Assembly: GCA_973895155.1 (NCBI GenBank)
Contig: OZ316893.1
Location: 12,912,359 to 12,976,358, forward strand
DNA: 64,000 bases
Origin: Marsupella aquatica
Lineage: Eukaryota; Plantae; Marchantiophyta
Reading direction: 5' to 3'
Numbering within the stretch: the first letter of the stretch is position 1; every line of letters begins with the position of its first letter. The notes below the pieces were generated by a model, which worked only from the letters and a program-made list of their open reading frames with translations, did not search any database and was not told the DNA's origin. The position numbers and the translations under genes were made by a program. Positions 1 through 13,500 of the stretch are shown one piece after another.

Positions 1-538
1 CGAACATGACAGAGCTCACCACAAGCTCGTCCACGAATTGCATCTGAAACTGCAATCTGAATCGAACTCAAAAACATCACAAAATCTGGAGCCAGACGAC
101 GAAGAGGTCACTGACAAGAAGAAGATAGGCCAGTGACGCTTTCAGCTACGCTGCTCTAGTCCTCTCTCTTCTCCTCTGCTGCTGCGTCCTCTGCTCGTGA
201 GCGTCGCTCTCGCATTCTTTGATGGCAATCACTGTAAGTTGGGGTGGATGGATGTGGTGCTGTAGTATTGTTTTTGATAAGTTTTTAAATGCATGTTTTC
301 ATTGAGAGTTTGATGAACCCAATTTCCGATTTGAATTTAAACAGTGTTGTCGAATAGTTCAGGTTTGAGCATTGCATTGAAAACTTTGTAATTGGGTTGC
401 TTCCTCTAATTGCCACACATGCTCAGTCTGCATCACTACCGCCCTCGCCTTCTTAGTTATGGCATGTTGCATGAGATGACCTTGTGGGGATTGAACATGG
501 TGTCGTCATTCCATTGAATTGCCCAGCGGACTCGGACA

Positions 539-2726
539 ATGGGGTGGACGGCGACCGTTGTGATGGCAATGTTGCTTTTCTTGGGAAGTGCGAAATCACA
601 TGCAAATGATTGGGACGACGAGTTCGAACAAGCTCCGACGATACGGTCTCTCGATGACCGAAGCTTCGAACACGAAACACAAGCAGCCACCGGCCAAACC
701 ACTGGATCATGGTTGGTTTCTTCATTCTCTCTCACCTGCAGTCTCAGTTATACAACTTGGACTGCTCAGCGTTACCTGTGTACAGGCGGGGCCGGGCACT
801 CGAACCCCGTTCATATACCGAGAGACTTATGATGCCTTCTATGTTTACTAAGAGGAATTTTGGAGTCCCTTTCTGAGACTGTAAATATTTCACTCTGCGA
901 GGTCGAAAGCATCCTACCCGAACCATGCGGAGAGCTTTAAGTTCCTTTTGAAATGGAGTTTGTGAACTCCTTCCTTTGGAGTCTCCCGCCGAACGGGCAC
1001 GAAGCCCGAAACCGATTTTAGTTGAAGAGGACTAAGCTGCTCCAGAGTGGATTATTCCAGAGTCCAACACCCATGATAATCGTCATTTGGAAAGCAAATT
1101 TAGTGGGTGAATGGTTACTCAGGGGAAAATCAGCAAAACGGAAGGTGTTGAAACCGGCTTCATCTCTTCCTAGCTATAAGCGAATTCCTTTCTGACCCAA
1201 ACTATGTTTCAGCTGGCTAACGTAACCTCTCAGACTCCACAATCGTTCCAGCAAGTCTAGGGTATTGTGTTGTATCCTAGCTTTTTAAGAGGACGTCGTT
1301 TCCATTGGGGTACATGTGTATCCACTTTCACATGGAGTATTCTCAAAGAGATTTGGAGAGTAAGAATATTCCTTTCCAGAGCGGTCTGGTGAGCTGACTT
1401 GAAGGCATGTTACAACAAGTTGGGAGGGTTTGCTTTCAATACTCCGTGCAAGGCCTGTGTCATACACGAACATTTGAAGTGATTCCCTTTGAGTACCTGG
1501 AAATGGGACCCGGAGAATCGAAGGGGAACTTGCTGACGCCTCCATTTTTTAGCGGGGTAGATGAAGAATATCAGTTGGAATTCAGTTGTTTCTTGCTGAT
1601 TGAAGCGTCCCCAATATTCCTCATATTCAGGGAATTCATGCAGGCTGGTCCTCTTCACCAGTTCTGGCTGTGTGACATGTGGAGATGTGGAATCGACCCT
1701 GCTGCGAATGATACCAAAATTGAATGGAGGACTGCCAATTATCGCTAAGGTAGATGGTTTGCCTGCTGCTTGTGCTTCTTTTCCTTCGCTGGAGTTTGTG
1801 GAGCAGCATTGTGAGCGTAAATCTTTCCTTGATAGATTCACTTGAGTTTCCGCTACATATATGATTCTGATGTGAACTTTATTACTCTGTACTCTCAAGC
1901 TCATAGAACAGCCACACAATACATCAACAATTGTTTTCCGTGTCACCGGTCCACCGTATGGAGAGTCGCCTATATTTTCAAAGCAGACGGAGAGAGACTT
2001 TTAAATTGATTTCCTGCTCGGTTTCGTTCGGTTAACGGGTCTTTAAGCTTTGTGTGTTGCTGTGCAGGTTAACATATCAGCGAGTCCATCTACAGCCAAG
2101 CGTTTCGATGTACAAAAGATACCACAACTGAAAATGTTTCGTGATCGCAGTATGTTCTCGTATGGAGGGCAATTGTCTGAAGCGAGCCTACTTTCTTTCA
2201 TTGAGGTGCCCCTTGCCTCCTCTTACAACTTCCTACGTCCGAGGAGAGGCCTTTTCTGATTAATGGAATAATGTCAGCCTGGAAAGTAGTCTAATATTCA
2301 ACAATCAAATCATGATAGAGTACCATGTTGGGTTTGTGATTGCAGGATGGGTGGAAAGGCGTTGCTCGTGAAGGTGTCCCGAAGGAGTTGACTTTTATTG
2401 ATGAAATTCAAGAGAAGTTATGGACATTTTACAGAGCAGTTGTAGAGGTTCCTATACTGCACCCAACGTTAGTGCTTTAGACGGACAGGAAAGCAAAATA
2501 TGTTAGTAAGAGAATTTCCCGCTTTTTGTGCAATTTTTGGGCCTGAAAAGTAACCTGCAGTTTTAATCTTGTCGTATGTATGCAGTACCTTGGAAACAGG
2601 CCTGGTATACTGGCTGGGGTTGGTTCAATGAGTGCGATGGTAGGGTATCTTTTCACCAAGCGATTCATCATAAAGAAGCATGCACCAAGAAGGCCGCGTG
2701 GTCGGCCCCGAAAGCGGGCTGACTAG
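539..2726 (+). CDS. Signal-peptide, single-pass membrane thioredoxin-fold protein (TMX-like), 5 exons: 539-711, 1644-1749, 2068-2205, 2346-2447, 2586-2726
   Basis: Exons join in frame at GT-AG sites. Product: hydrophobic N-terminus MGWTATVVMAMLLFLGSA, LDDRSFEHETQAATGQTTGSW-LVLFTSSGCVTC (CxxC), IAKVNISASPSTAKRFDVQKIPQLKMFR (thioredoxin cis-Pro region), weak TM GILAGVGSMSAMVGYLF, basic tail RRPRGRPRKRAD*. Confidence 0.85.
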
Positions 2727-3479
2727 TTTTACTTGTGAGGAGATTTTTTCCCCATGAAGTCTTTCGATCAATCATCATGGATGCTTTGAGCTGTACAATT
2801 TTCCTCACTTCTACACCTAATTTAGGACGTCAGTGCTGAATTCTGTAGGAGGTTCTTGTTCTAGCGTTTACTCGGATGAGAAGTTAAGAGTAGCTGTCCA
2901 GAGGCAGTGTATGCATATCATGTGCTACTTTCTATTCTGACTCAGCAATGAGGTTGCACCCTTTGTACAGACTATCAGCTTCAAGTGCTCCTAGTTGGAA
3001 TGAAAAGGGGCACCTGACCGTGACCTTCCTTCCAGGGGTCTATTTAAGATTGCGAAGGCATTAACATCCCATGACCGAGCATTGAGAGGGTAGTGTTGAT
3101 GTTGCTATCATAGCACGTACGAAGTCGGGATATAGTCAGGTACCTGTTTCTGCGCTTGCATGTGTGTCAAAGAAACACGCTCCTCAGATCTTAGACTATG
3201 TCTGGTGTCAATAGTCTCTGGATGGATATCCTGACACGGCCAGGTATTTTCCCTCAGGTTTCCGTCCTTGTTCCGGCACTTCAATTCTAGCTGGAATGGC
3301 TTTGAAAATGCAAAAAGTTGTAAAAAGAACCATTGATCTCCCGTAGAATCTCATGCCTTCATTGAATCTTAGGGATTTACTTTTTGAACCAACATTCCCC
3401 TCGAGATATACTAGTAGACTTCCTCACTAAGTTTTTCTCCATTTGGGGAGTATTTTGATCATTACTCCCGACCCTTACC

Positions 3480-3930
3480 CTCGATTCACAGATATTACCA
3501 GTATCCAAAAATGAGATTGACATGTAAAAAATACTTATCTGGGCATAAAGATAACATTTCCGAAATACCAAATGACCACATGGGTGAAAACGCCAACCAA
3601 GCGGCAAAGTGCCCAAACCACAGGAAAGCCCAAGAGCACCCAAAACCTCCTAACGGCTGGAGGGCCAAAGGGCCAACCACGAAAACAAAAAAGCAACCAA
3701 AACCGGCCAAGAGCAGAGGCAGAAAGCCCCATCTTCCCTGAACTGGAGAGTAGGGTGCAAGTGGGACTAGTAGCCCAGAGCACCGACAAAGGGGCTCTGA
3801 CCAAAGAACAGACCCAGTCAAAATGCACATAGACATGTAAACCAACACAACCACCTTAGCTCGTCTCTGCACAAACTAAAAGTGGCACCAAGCCTGAAAG
3901 GAACACCCCAAATGACAATAATATAACCTT
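3480..3930 (-). mobile_element. Possible decayed LINE 3' fragment
   Basis: Strong strand asymmetry and W/F/L/G-rich broken frames on the minus strand, similar in character to 9250-10520; no diagnostic motif. Confidence 0.25.
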
Positions 3931-5758
3931 TTGGTGAGAGAATTGCTCGTAGTTGGTCTCTCTTCTTATCTCAGTGAATGCAGTCAAAGTTTGGCTCAAG
4001 CTCCAAGCCTTTCACACACCGATTGTACATTGCAAAGTAGCATGATTGAGCAACGCCATTATGAGGTGACAAGGACAGCGGGTGACATTAGCTTGAAATG
4101 TGCGTTGTTGTCTCTCACACCAGATGCTACTAACCATCCTGTGAATGAGGAGCTAGGGTTACACTTTTGAGACACAACAGCAGTATGAATCTTGCCAAAG
4201 TATGGGCAGCCTGCAGCCTTGTTCAGATGGGTGCACCAATCGTTCACTAGCGCGCTTTCGCTTTAAAAAAAAAACATTTCTAAAGTAATTCAACAGTACA
4301 TGTAAAAAATTATATAGAAGACATTCCTTGAATCTTCCTGCACTGACCTGGTTGGTTGAGGCATTTCACTTATGAATCTCACTTATTTAGATTTGCTTAA
4401 CGAATGTGAAAATTTGAGAAATTGCTTTCGCATCTCACCAAGACTTAACCTACTGTGTGGAGATTCCACTTTCACAGAGACCAGTGACTACAGGACAATG
4501 AGCTACTGACGCTACAGTCTACAACCATTGCACGTTCAAGCCCAACCGGATCACAATCAAGGAAAACAGTTCATTAAATTCGCAGATCCCGCTAGATACT
4601 CCGCATCTTTGCACGACACTCCGGACCTAGTTTTTCAAAAACAGCGGCCCGTCTGGAGGATCACAGACAGCTTTACAGATCAGTCCATGGCGTTCACAAC
4701 CCCATTTTACCCTCATTTTACAGTCTGGAGTTTCGCGATTCCAGCAGACTCTTTCTTCCTCCTGCTTACAACTGGATGGCTCACATCTAATCCCTAGTGC
4801 TGTGCCTATTGCTCCGATGCACGACTGCAAGGCTCACAAATAATCTCTGGATGGCTTGAATTTTGCTATTGTAAATGAACTGTATAGGTCACATTTAATC
4901 TGTGGATGAATTGATTTTGCGAGTGTAAATGAACTGTATGGCTCACAGTTCATTTACGGCCATACAGAACTCAATTCACAGTGTAAAAAACTGCCCCTAT
5001 TGATCGCCATCCTCACTATTTAACTACCGGCAATTTTAATTTCAACATTCTAGAAGGATGTTTCCGTTACCCTACAGTGAAGAACCTCGGTGACTAACGA
5101 CACAATGCCAAATCTCAAACGGTCGAGTCGCTTATATTTTTCACCATTGATAAATTGTATGAATTCATCATTGGGCGAGAGTCGGCACGGCAAGGTCACT
5201 TAGAAGTGAGGTGTTTCACATTTCGAGCAATTTCACACATATTGCACAAGAAAACGGCTTAGCTGACTGGTATTCCGATACAGTGATGCCAAGTTCGACA
5301 CACCAGAGAACGAGTGTTGGAAAAGTAAGATCACTTCGTCGATAAAGCAGGCCAGTTCTACCGTCACTAAAGATGTTACATGTCAAACCATTTCACACAA
5401 CACACAAACTGCAAAAGAGGACGGCATTGTTGACAGATTAAAAAAATGTGCTATATAATAAGTTGTGATACAAAGTTCGACACAACGCAGAGAACTTCAC
5501 ACCTATCTGCCTACAATATGTGAGAATTTTGTCGATGGCAGATATTGCGAGAGAGCTTCTGTATTTTTCTGCTTTTCAACCTAGAATGTACACCCGTGGC
5601 TTATTGCGCAAATCCGGCACTGTACGCCCGTCCCTTATTGCGCAAATACGGCACACGATGTCAATACACAAGTTGGAAAAAATTATATTACAGCAGGCTG
5701 AACTGTGAGGGGCATTTGTAGCTTCTGTAGCAGCAGAAGGTGCCTCGCCTCACGTCGC

Positions 5759-6971
5759 TCATAATGTGAGGACGTAAATGGCATATACGATGCCTGGAAG
5801 GTAACCCAGAATCGTCAGCAGAAGACATATCCAAAACTCGACCTGTAAAACGAAACCCAGAAACAAGATCACCAGTTAGAGAGCAGCCTTGTCAGACTAC
5901 ATCCATGAACTTACAGTCATAGAGGCAATACCCGCCGACAGATACAAGCCCAAGTTCCTTCTCAATGTTGGGACCACAAAGTTGGCATCATGTTCAGAAC
6001 CGAGCAAACTGGGGGTCCACAACAAGGTCACCTACTCCCTTTTACACGTAGTCCCTTTTCCAGTACGAAAATACCGTTGGATCTAAACCGAAAACCGGCA
6101 GGGTCGAACAGCGTTTGTCTCGAGTCGTTGGATGCACCAATCCGGATCCAATCGGTGACCAGCAATAAGAAGTCGAGCTTTGTCACATGGAGGGTTCAAG
6201 TATGGAGCCACTACTAAACACAATTGAAGTTCCTGTAGGAGCAACTCCTCCAGCCTAAAAGAGTCGTGCATGGAGGTTTGTATACGAGGATCGCGAAACA
6301 ATGTTGGCGCTAGTGCCGGCCTTCACGTGGCAGAGGTTCAGTAGCAAACCTGCTGCCACAAAAACTCCAAAAAAACTCTCATAACCTACTGTGTAACGGA
6401 ACACTTGCGATGGAGAAACGGGCTGAACAGACGGGAACATAGAGAAAATAGGCTGTAAACAGTTCACAAAACGCATCCACCATCGAGTACAACAGCCTGA
6501 TGTGCCTAGATGTCAAGGTAGCTCATCAGCCATGTCCCATGGAACATCTTAATGACGCGGGCACCAAATTCGTCCTACGATGACGTCTGCGTCACACTTG
6601 ATCCGAGCGCAATGAAAACACTATCGTATATTTAACTCGAAACGAATACGATTTCCAATTTCTCCAGGCGCGCAGAACGGCGCAGTTCTCTCATAAGCAA
6701 GACCAATGCTCGCCCCTTCCCCTCCCCTCCCTTCCCATCCCATCCCTGCCGTGCCCTCAGCGGTCATAACACCAATCTGAGTAGTATATACCAATGAACG
6801 TGCCGTCACGATGCTCTAGCTCTCAGTATCCCAAACCAGACCCGAAACGAAACGACAGCACACAAAAGCGGAGGGCGAGTGAACACGTACCGCACATCCG
6901 TACCGGAAGAACACTCCCAGAGGAGGTAAGATAATGGCAAGAATGACATCGACGAACCTAGCGCTGCCCAT
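5759..6971 (-). CDS. RCI2: RCI2/LTI6/PMP3 (UPF0057) small hydrophobic stress protein, 54 aa; exons 6971-6891 and 5842-5759
   Basis: MGSARFVDVILAIILPPLGVFFRYGCA|VEFWICLLLTILGYLPGIVYAIYVLTL*, the classic PMP3 signature, with a GT-AG intron; missed by the ORF track. Confidence 0.95.
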
Positions 6972-7084
6972 TGCGTCTGTGAGACCTCACTCTCGACAAT
7001 TCACTCCGACCTGATGCTGCTCCCTCCTCTACTCCACTTCCTGCTGCTGCTTGACGCGATGCAATGCAATGCAATGCGATGAGT

Positions 7085-7400
7085 GAACTTGAGAGACACA
7101 GAGACAGAGTCGCTTCGATTCAACAACGGACTAGAGCAAATAGTGAACCAAAAAAGTTCATATCAGTACCGTTGTTTCGATCAAAGGAGAGAGAGAGAGA
7201 GAGAGAGAGAGAGTCGCAGCTATTCAACAATGGACAACAAAGAGAGTAGCGAACCAGAAAAGCTTATGTGGGTACCGTAGTGTCGATCGAAGGCGAGAGA
7301 GAGAGAGAGAGAAAAATTATCTTCGATTCAAGAATGGACTAGAAAGCGAGTAGTGAACCCACAAAGCTAAAATAGGTACCGTAGGATCGATTGAAGGCAC
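7085..7400. repeat. Degenerate tandem duplication (~130-bp units) with (GA)n microsatellites upstream of RCI2
   Basis: Recurring ttcaacaa(c/t)gga..aga..tag(t/c)gaacc..aaa..gtaccgt..tcgat and GA runs at ~7187-7212 and ~7295-7312. Confidence 0.7.
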
Positions 7401-7455
7401 TCTTCTTTCTGCTTAGCACACGGTTCTCGTTGGCTTTTTCACGAAATTGGGCAAA

Positions 7456-7654
7456 GTCGGCGCCGAAGTGACGGAAAACTTGCTGCGAAAGTGATGCGAA
7501 TTGACACGTACTGTAGGAGTGACTTGAGAGGAATGTGGACTATGTGAGGGGCGCTTTCAAAGATTACCGTATTGCGGAAGGGAACGCCTCGATTTGATCC
7601 GGGCCTTCTGTTCCGGTGGAAGAGGCCTTTGGACGGCTGGATGACTGCCGCGTG
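7456..7654 (-). promoter_or_regulatory. Candidate DRE/CRT, ABRE and CE3-like elements upstream of RCI2
   Basis: Minus strand GCCGAC (7456-7461) and TACGTGTC (7503-7510); CCGCGTG at 7648-7654; RCI2 genes are typically cold/ABA/dehydration-induced. Confidence 0.45.
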
Positions 7655-7724
7655 CGGGGGAATTTGGCTAATTGGGAACCACAATTTTCAGGTTCTAGCT
7701 TATAATATCAACCTTCCAACCATA

Positions 7725-8055
7725 TTATCTGAACACTATAATATAATACGAAATGGGACTCGCTCTTCAAGAAAACTATAAATCCACCTGAATCTGAACA
7801 CTATCATATAATGGGAAATGGGACTCCTTCTTCTTATGGTCTGTTTTACTGGGGGCTTTACAAGAATTGGGAGGAAGTAAACCATTTTTTATGTCTGAAA
7901 TGCAATGTTAGCCATTCAAATGTGGGAGCTGGCCAGACTTCACATGGTCTGTTTACTGGGGGGGGCTTTACAAGAATTGGGAGAAAGGAAACTATTTTTT
8001 ATGTCTGAAATGTAATCTTAGCCATTCAAATGTGGGAGTTGACCAGATTTCATGT
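7725..8055. repeat. Two adjacent local duplications (~65-bp and ~110-bp periods)
   Basis: tctgaacactat..atataat..gaaatgggactc occurs twice; atggtctgttt..ggggctttacaagaattgggag...tagccattcaaatgtgggag occurs twice. Confidence 0.75.
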
Positions 8056-9249
8056 TACGTGAACTTGGGGACACAATCTGGCAAAAACATTATTAATTCT
8101 AAACAATTGCTTGTGTGGCCCATTTTTGCTGACGTGGTCAGGTGCTTCTATCAAAAACTCAGACCACCTTTTGAATGGAACAATACATTCTTTTCCATTC
8201 AGGGACTTGCATATATTTATTTTCTCCTGATCAAAAATGTTGGCCTGTGCAGTTTTAACTTTAGTGTATGGAATGGACATCATGTTGCTAATAAGGTGAA
8301 CAATGATAACTTGTACCCCCAAGTTATTGTAAAGCCCCTCCTAAGGTGAGTGAGGAGTCCAGATGTGTGTCAAAATGTTTCAACCAATACCATTAGCTTT
8401 TCCAGTTTCCAGGGACTAAGAGGTGTACAAATACTATAGTAAAGAGTATGATTTTCCCTCACACTCCCGGGTACCTCTTGCCCATGTATAGTAACAGTGG
8501 AGGGCATTCTCATAAAGTCAAAATTTATACATTTAAAATATTGTGTACACCTAGGCATATGGCTTATTTGGGCCCACGGGGTGACAGAGGGAGTGATCCT
8601 ACTCCCTTCCCCTGGCCCATGGAAGCTAGTCCTGATTATTATTTTGACAGGAAACCTTTGGAAACCATTGGATTAAGGTGCAAAATTTCCCTAAATATGA
8701 GATGAACCCAAAGCTGCCATTGTGTACCTCCTCCAAGCCCAACATACCTGTCACTCTCCATGAGTATTGCTCACTCTTTGAAATTCAGTTATCAGATTGA
8801 CGTGTAGACTCCCTAGCTGTGGTGATCTACTGCCTCACCATCTCACTATTCTTGCCAACAATTCCCCGCAAGATCACTTACTATGGGCAATATTGTTTGA
8901 CGAATAGGCATTGGGCTAGTAACTCAATACCTTGAGTCAATCATAATCCTAAGTAACTGACAATATATTTGTCAAGTCCTTGAAGAGAAGGGCATCTTGG
9001 AGGTGCGACAAAATTGTGCCCATCTCCATTACATTAGGGGAATTCAGTGATTTAATCAATACCTATAGTAGTGTTTTACTTGGGTTATTTATGTCTATGC
9101 AATTGTGTCTTGTTCTATCATTGTCTGCATGTTCCTGAAGCTACGTGGTTGGGGTATAATTTTTTTTTTGAGAAATTTCCAAAAGCCTGAGGACTCCCTC
9201 ATACACCATGCAACCCTTCAACTATGAGAGAGGAGGATATTAAACTTCA

Positions 9250-10520
9250 ATCCGGCTAATTATGGTGAAAAAACCCAATATGTTCAAGTGTCCAAATGAT
9301 GTGCCTGCAATGTATAATGTAATAGATTTCACAATGGACAAGGGCTTTTTAAAAGGATCTAACGGATAGCTGCAAAATAATATATATGTGGGGGGGATTC
9401 TATCTGCCCATTTTTGTAGATCTCCAATTCGATAGTTGTTCTTGGATGCTCCTGATCGGACTCTGGTTCTCAGAACTCTCTGATCTGGTGATCTATTGGT
9501 TACTCTCATGGCCGGTTCTCTCATTGAGTCCTGTTTTGGTACTACCTGTTCCCTCCCTGTTGGATTGTCTTTTCGCCTGTTCTTGATCTTCTCAGACTGA
9601 GTTTTGTGTGGAGGACTTTACTCTTGTGGCAGAGTTCGGTATCCTGGCCAGGAGCCATCCTTTCCCTTTCTGCTCTCTCTGAGCCCCCTCGGGTCATGGT
9701 GAGGGAGACATTGGTACCTTACTATACAGATTATTGCCATCCCGCCCTGAGATGGAACTAAGTCCATCTAGATACTATTCTCTGTGTTGCCTATACATAT
9801 TGATACGAAGTTCTGCAACCTCTACTCTTCTTCACACTATTCCTACAACATGGTTATTTTGGTCGGCTGTTAAGTGCATGGACAAGCATTTTCCCCGGAT
9901 AGTGGGGTTGGTCGTATGGAAATAAACCATTGTGTGGCGGGGAGGATTACCTTATCTTCAGGATGAATCCCATGGGATGTTGCGGTGATCTGTCAAACCA
10001 AATCATGCCGAATCGGATCTGTCTCATATTGGCGTGGATACAATTCCTAGGGAGTGGCCTTTCCGGTGGTCTCGATGGCTTTTGGATGGCAACTTGGTAA
10101 CTGATGGTGATTTTGGCTGTATGATGGTGATTTTGGCTGTCCATGTCGATGGAAATTTTGATGGTGATTCTAGGCGGATTTGGCTTCCAGTGGGGTTGGG
10201 ACCAGGTGATTCCCTGATTGACATTTGGTTGGAATTCTGGAGATTTGGGGCCTTTGGGTTGCTCTCTTGCTCTGGAGGATTGTTAGGTTTCGGGACCACT
10301 TCTCATCTTGGGGCCCTCCTTTCCCTTCTTCTCTGCCTCCTTCCTTTAGGCAGTGGATTGATTGGACCTCTTTCTTCTTTCTCTGGGGATGATCCTTCTT
10401 TCAGCTCCCCTTATTTTTTTGTTTGGTTTTCTCCTGTCTCTTGCCCTGAGACAGGTGCTTGGTTGTTTGGGTGTTTGCCCTGTTTTTTCAAAAAAATAAT
10501 TAAAAATATAAATAAAAAAT
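9250..10520 (+). mobile_element. Decayed L1-type LINE 3' remnant with A-rich tail
   Basis: Trp-rich broken frames (FVWRTLLL; WLFWSAVKC..LVVWK) resembling the LINE ORF2 C-terminus, ending in aaaaaataattaaaaatataaataaaaaa at ~10490-10519. Confidence 0.4.
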
Positions 10521-13500
10521 ATGTGGGCAAGTGACCCACAGTTAGCATAAACCATGGACGAGTGTTGTTTAAACTAACCTCAGGTCATGGATTATAGGCA
10601 AGTTTGTCCCCAACATATTTCAAGCCCTTTCAGGCCACAATTTTGATCACAAGATATGGTTCTTCATGGCGTCGTCCAGGGTGTTGGAGATTGTTGATTA
10701 TAGTAAATGATGTTGAGCAAAATTGTAATAGAGCATACATGAACTGAACAGGCTGTCACAAATTTAAGGGAGTTGAAGTAGGCTTGACAACTTCTTCCAG
10801 GAGTCTGCAAGCTTGGGGGAGACTGATGCGTCAGGCATGGAAAAGGTGCACAATGGTACGGACCTTTAGGTCCTCATGAATAGGAAAATATGTCACCATA
10901 ATTGAACAGTGAAGGAGGCTTCCTGCAAAAATGCCATCGTAAACAGACCATATTAAGAAAGATAGGGTAGGCATATTATAGTGATTAGATATCTTTTGTA
11001 GGTTTTGAGTTGGCTAAGATGTACTTCCTTGCCACACAAACTTAGTGGATTTAATTGGCTACCATTGAAACTAAAAAAAATGACTAATATGCCATGGTTT
11101 ATACTTGTTAGAGACCTCGGTGGTTGGATATAGGTAGGCTGGGACAATCAGGTTTGCGCAATAAATAAATTGTTACTCACAATTTTAAGGTATTAGACCT
11201 ATCTACAAATGTCTTGACTACTTCCTTGCAAATTATATGAAAAGTAAAAGAATGAGATTTGTGCACAAACTTGCTTAACAAGACATGACTGGCAACTTTG
11301 TCTTGATAAAAATTGGCACTACATGACAAAACCAGCACTAAATGAAGATTTGCATATAAAGTTCTGGCAAACCAAGAGGATGAGTCAAAGTTTTTTAGGG
11401 GGAAAACATTGAAAACGTATTTTAAGATCTTCTTAGCACTTTTCTGTAAAACAATGATTATGAATGTAGATAATGTCTTTAGAGTAGACAAATAAAATAT
11501 AGATAACTTGTTTATGGCACACTTAGGCTAACCTGATAGTCACTACTGTATGCCATTGGATATTAATCAAGTTTTTAGTTTCAGGGGCAGAAATTTCCAC
11601 TAGGTTGAGTGGTGTTTAGAAAATTTCAAGTTGAGTTGGTAGTAGGTCATATCACATTTTTTCCGACATTGCTATATGGCGAACACCTTCTACCTTATTT
11701 TGTCTTATTAGAAATATGAGTTCTGAATTTTCTTTTAAATCTGGCCTAGTGTATCATTTCACTTTGTATTGGTTTGAATTTAACAAATTATCTAACCCCT
11801 TTAATTATTTCAAGTTTATGATTTCATTTGATTTGATATGTTTTATTGTGATAGCTTATCATGTATTTGATGAGATTTTTTTTCTGCCATTCATCCTCTA
11901 TTGCACGAGATGGTCAGACTCACCAGGATGCACCCAGTACAAAAACCAGAGATGCCCTGTAGGTTATATTTCCATTGGTGAAAAACTTTCCAACACTTAT
12001 GGTTTAGAGGCTAACAGGTGTCACCTAAATAGTGAATCTTTCAATAGGGCCTTCAATAGGGCCTAAAAATAGAGTACAAAGCTAGAGTATAAAGCTAACA
12101 TACTTTTCTGTCAACCACAAAATACTATACCTCTAAGGTACATTGACTTATAAGTTATGTATTTGTTTTTCACCTAAAAAGTACGGTAATTTCTTCACTT
12201 TAAAGGTGTGTATTTTTATTTTATTTATTTATTTGATTCCCCGTTTTAATGCATTTGAATACTATGTTATAATTGCTATTTGATATTTACAAAGGATACA
12301 ATTGACATTATTGTCAATAAGTTAAAATAGCTGTGTCTTAGAACGAACATGCTATATAGGTCATATCACATTTTTCTTACGTCATTCTTTGGTCCTATCT
12401 TACTAGTAATTTGCAAAGGGAAGCTAGTGTTAAAGCTTATGATATAGAGTGAAGCCTCTAGACCATAATTCTTGATTCAGACAAAACTGATAATAAGACT
12501 TAATAATTGGTCCGTGAACCCCCTGGCCACATTTTCTAGGCCTTGTTTGAGTATAAATAATGTATTTAATATAAGCTTTAACTCAAGTTGTCAATTGTAT
12601 CAGTTTGTTGATTTCAAGTTCCAACCATAACTGGCAGTTTACCTTAATTGCAAAAGGCCAGAAATCTTACTCCATGTGCTAGTTATCTTTTAACAATGAA
12701 GTTATCAAGGTAATTATTAGCCATTGTTTATTATATGAAAAATATTTTAAAAAAAATTTGGAAGTTAATTTTAAAACCGGGATATGTAACTAAAATGGTT
12801 ACATAGTGACAGTTTTACCCCTCTTGCTCTTTGCATTTTTAATTTTTAACATTTCTTTTTCTGGCATGGCGTCCCAAAATATACACCCAAATTGACGCAA
12901 AACATGAATGAAAACTGTAAGTTTGATTTACAAAAACTGACAAGTCTTGTTTGGTGCGGTTGTTGTTGACGTGACACTCTCCGGTGCCAGGAATTTTGGA
13001 ATGGACCTCTCATGGGGGTCCATCATGAGACTTAATACCAACACAACTTAAAATGAGGTTGTGAGACAAAAAAACAAGGATGGGGGCAAAAATCATAAAA
13101 GTGAAATTGATTCTCAATAAAGACAATGAAAAGTGGACAAAATATGGGGCAAAGATGAAAGGAAATAACATAGAATTTTTGGTGCACGTTTTTTTCTTCT
13201 TCATATGTATTTAGTTGGGTAATCGGGCTATCGGTAGTCTGTATAAATTCTTTGCCAGTTTTCATGTTGATGTTGTTTTACTTTGTTCACACTGTTGCAC
13301 GAAAAATTTGTTGTTTCCACACATACGAACATTGTAGATATACCTTCTCACCAGCAGACGGTGAAAGTTCACACCAACACTGCGACGCGAGCGGAAGCTC
13401 TTCAATTTCTGATCAATTGTGAAATGAGGCAGGCAGTACAAGTGTTCAGTAGAGGCGCTTCAACTTCTGATCCATTGGAGGCTCTTCAACTTTTGATCGA

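Noticed and set aside
1-220. 5' end of an upstream minus-strand gene
   Set aside because: Composition suggests a UTR/first exon of a divergent gene, but no coding sequence can be supported within the window.
1410-1946. 178-aa minus-strand ORF
   Set aside because: Antisense to an exon and introns of the thioredoxin gene; no domain features.
10034-10534. 166-aa hydrophobic ORF as a membrane protein gene
   Set aside because: Lies in a compositionally skewed LINE-like remnant ending in an A-rich tail; no gene structure.
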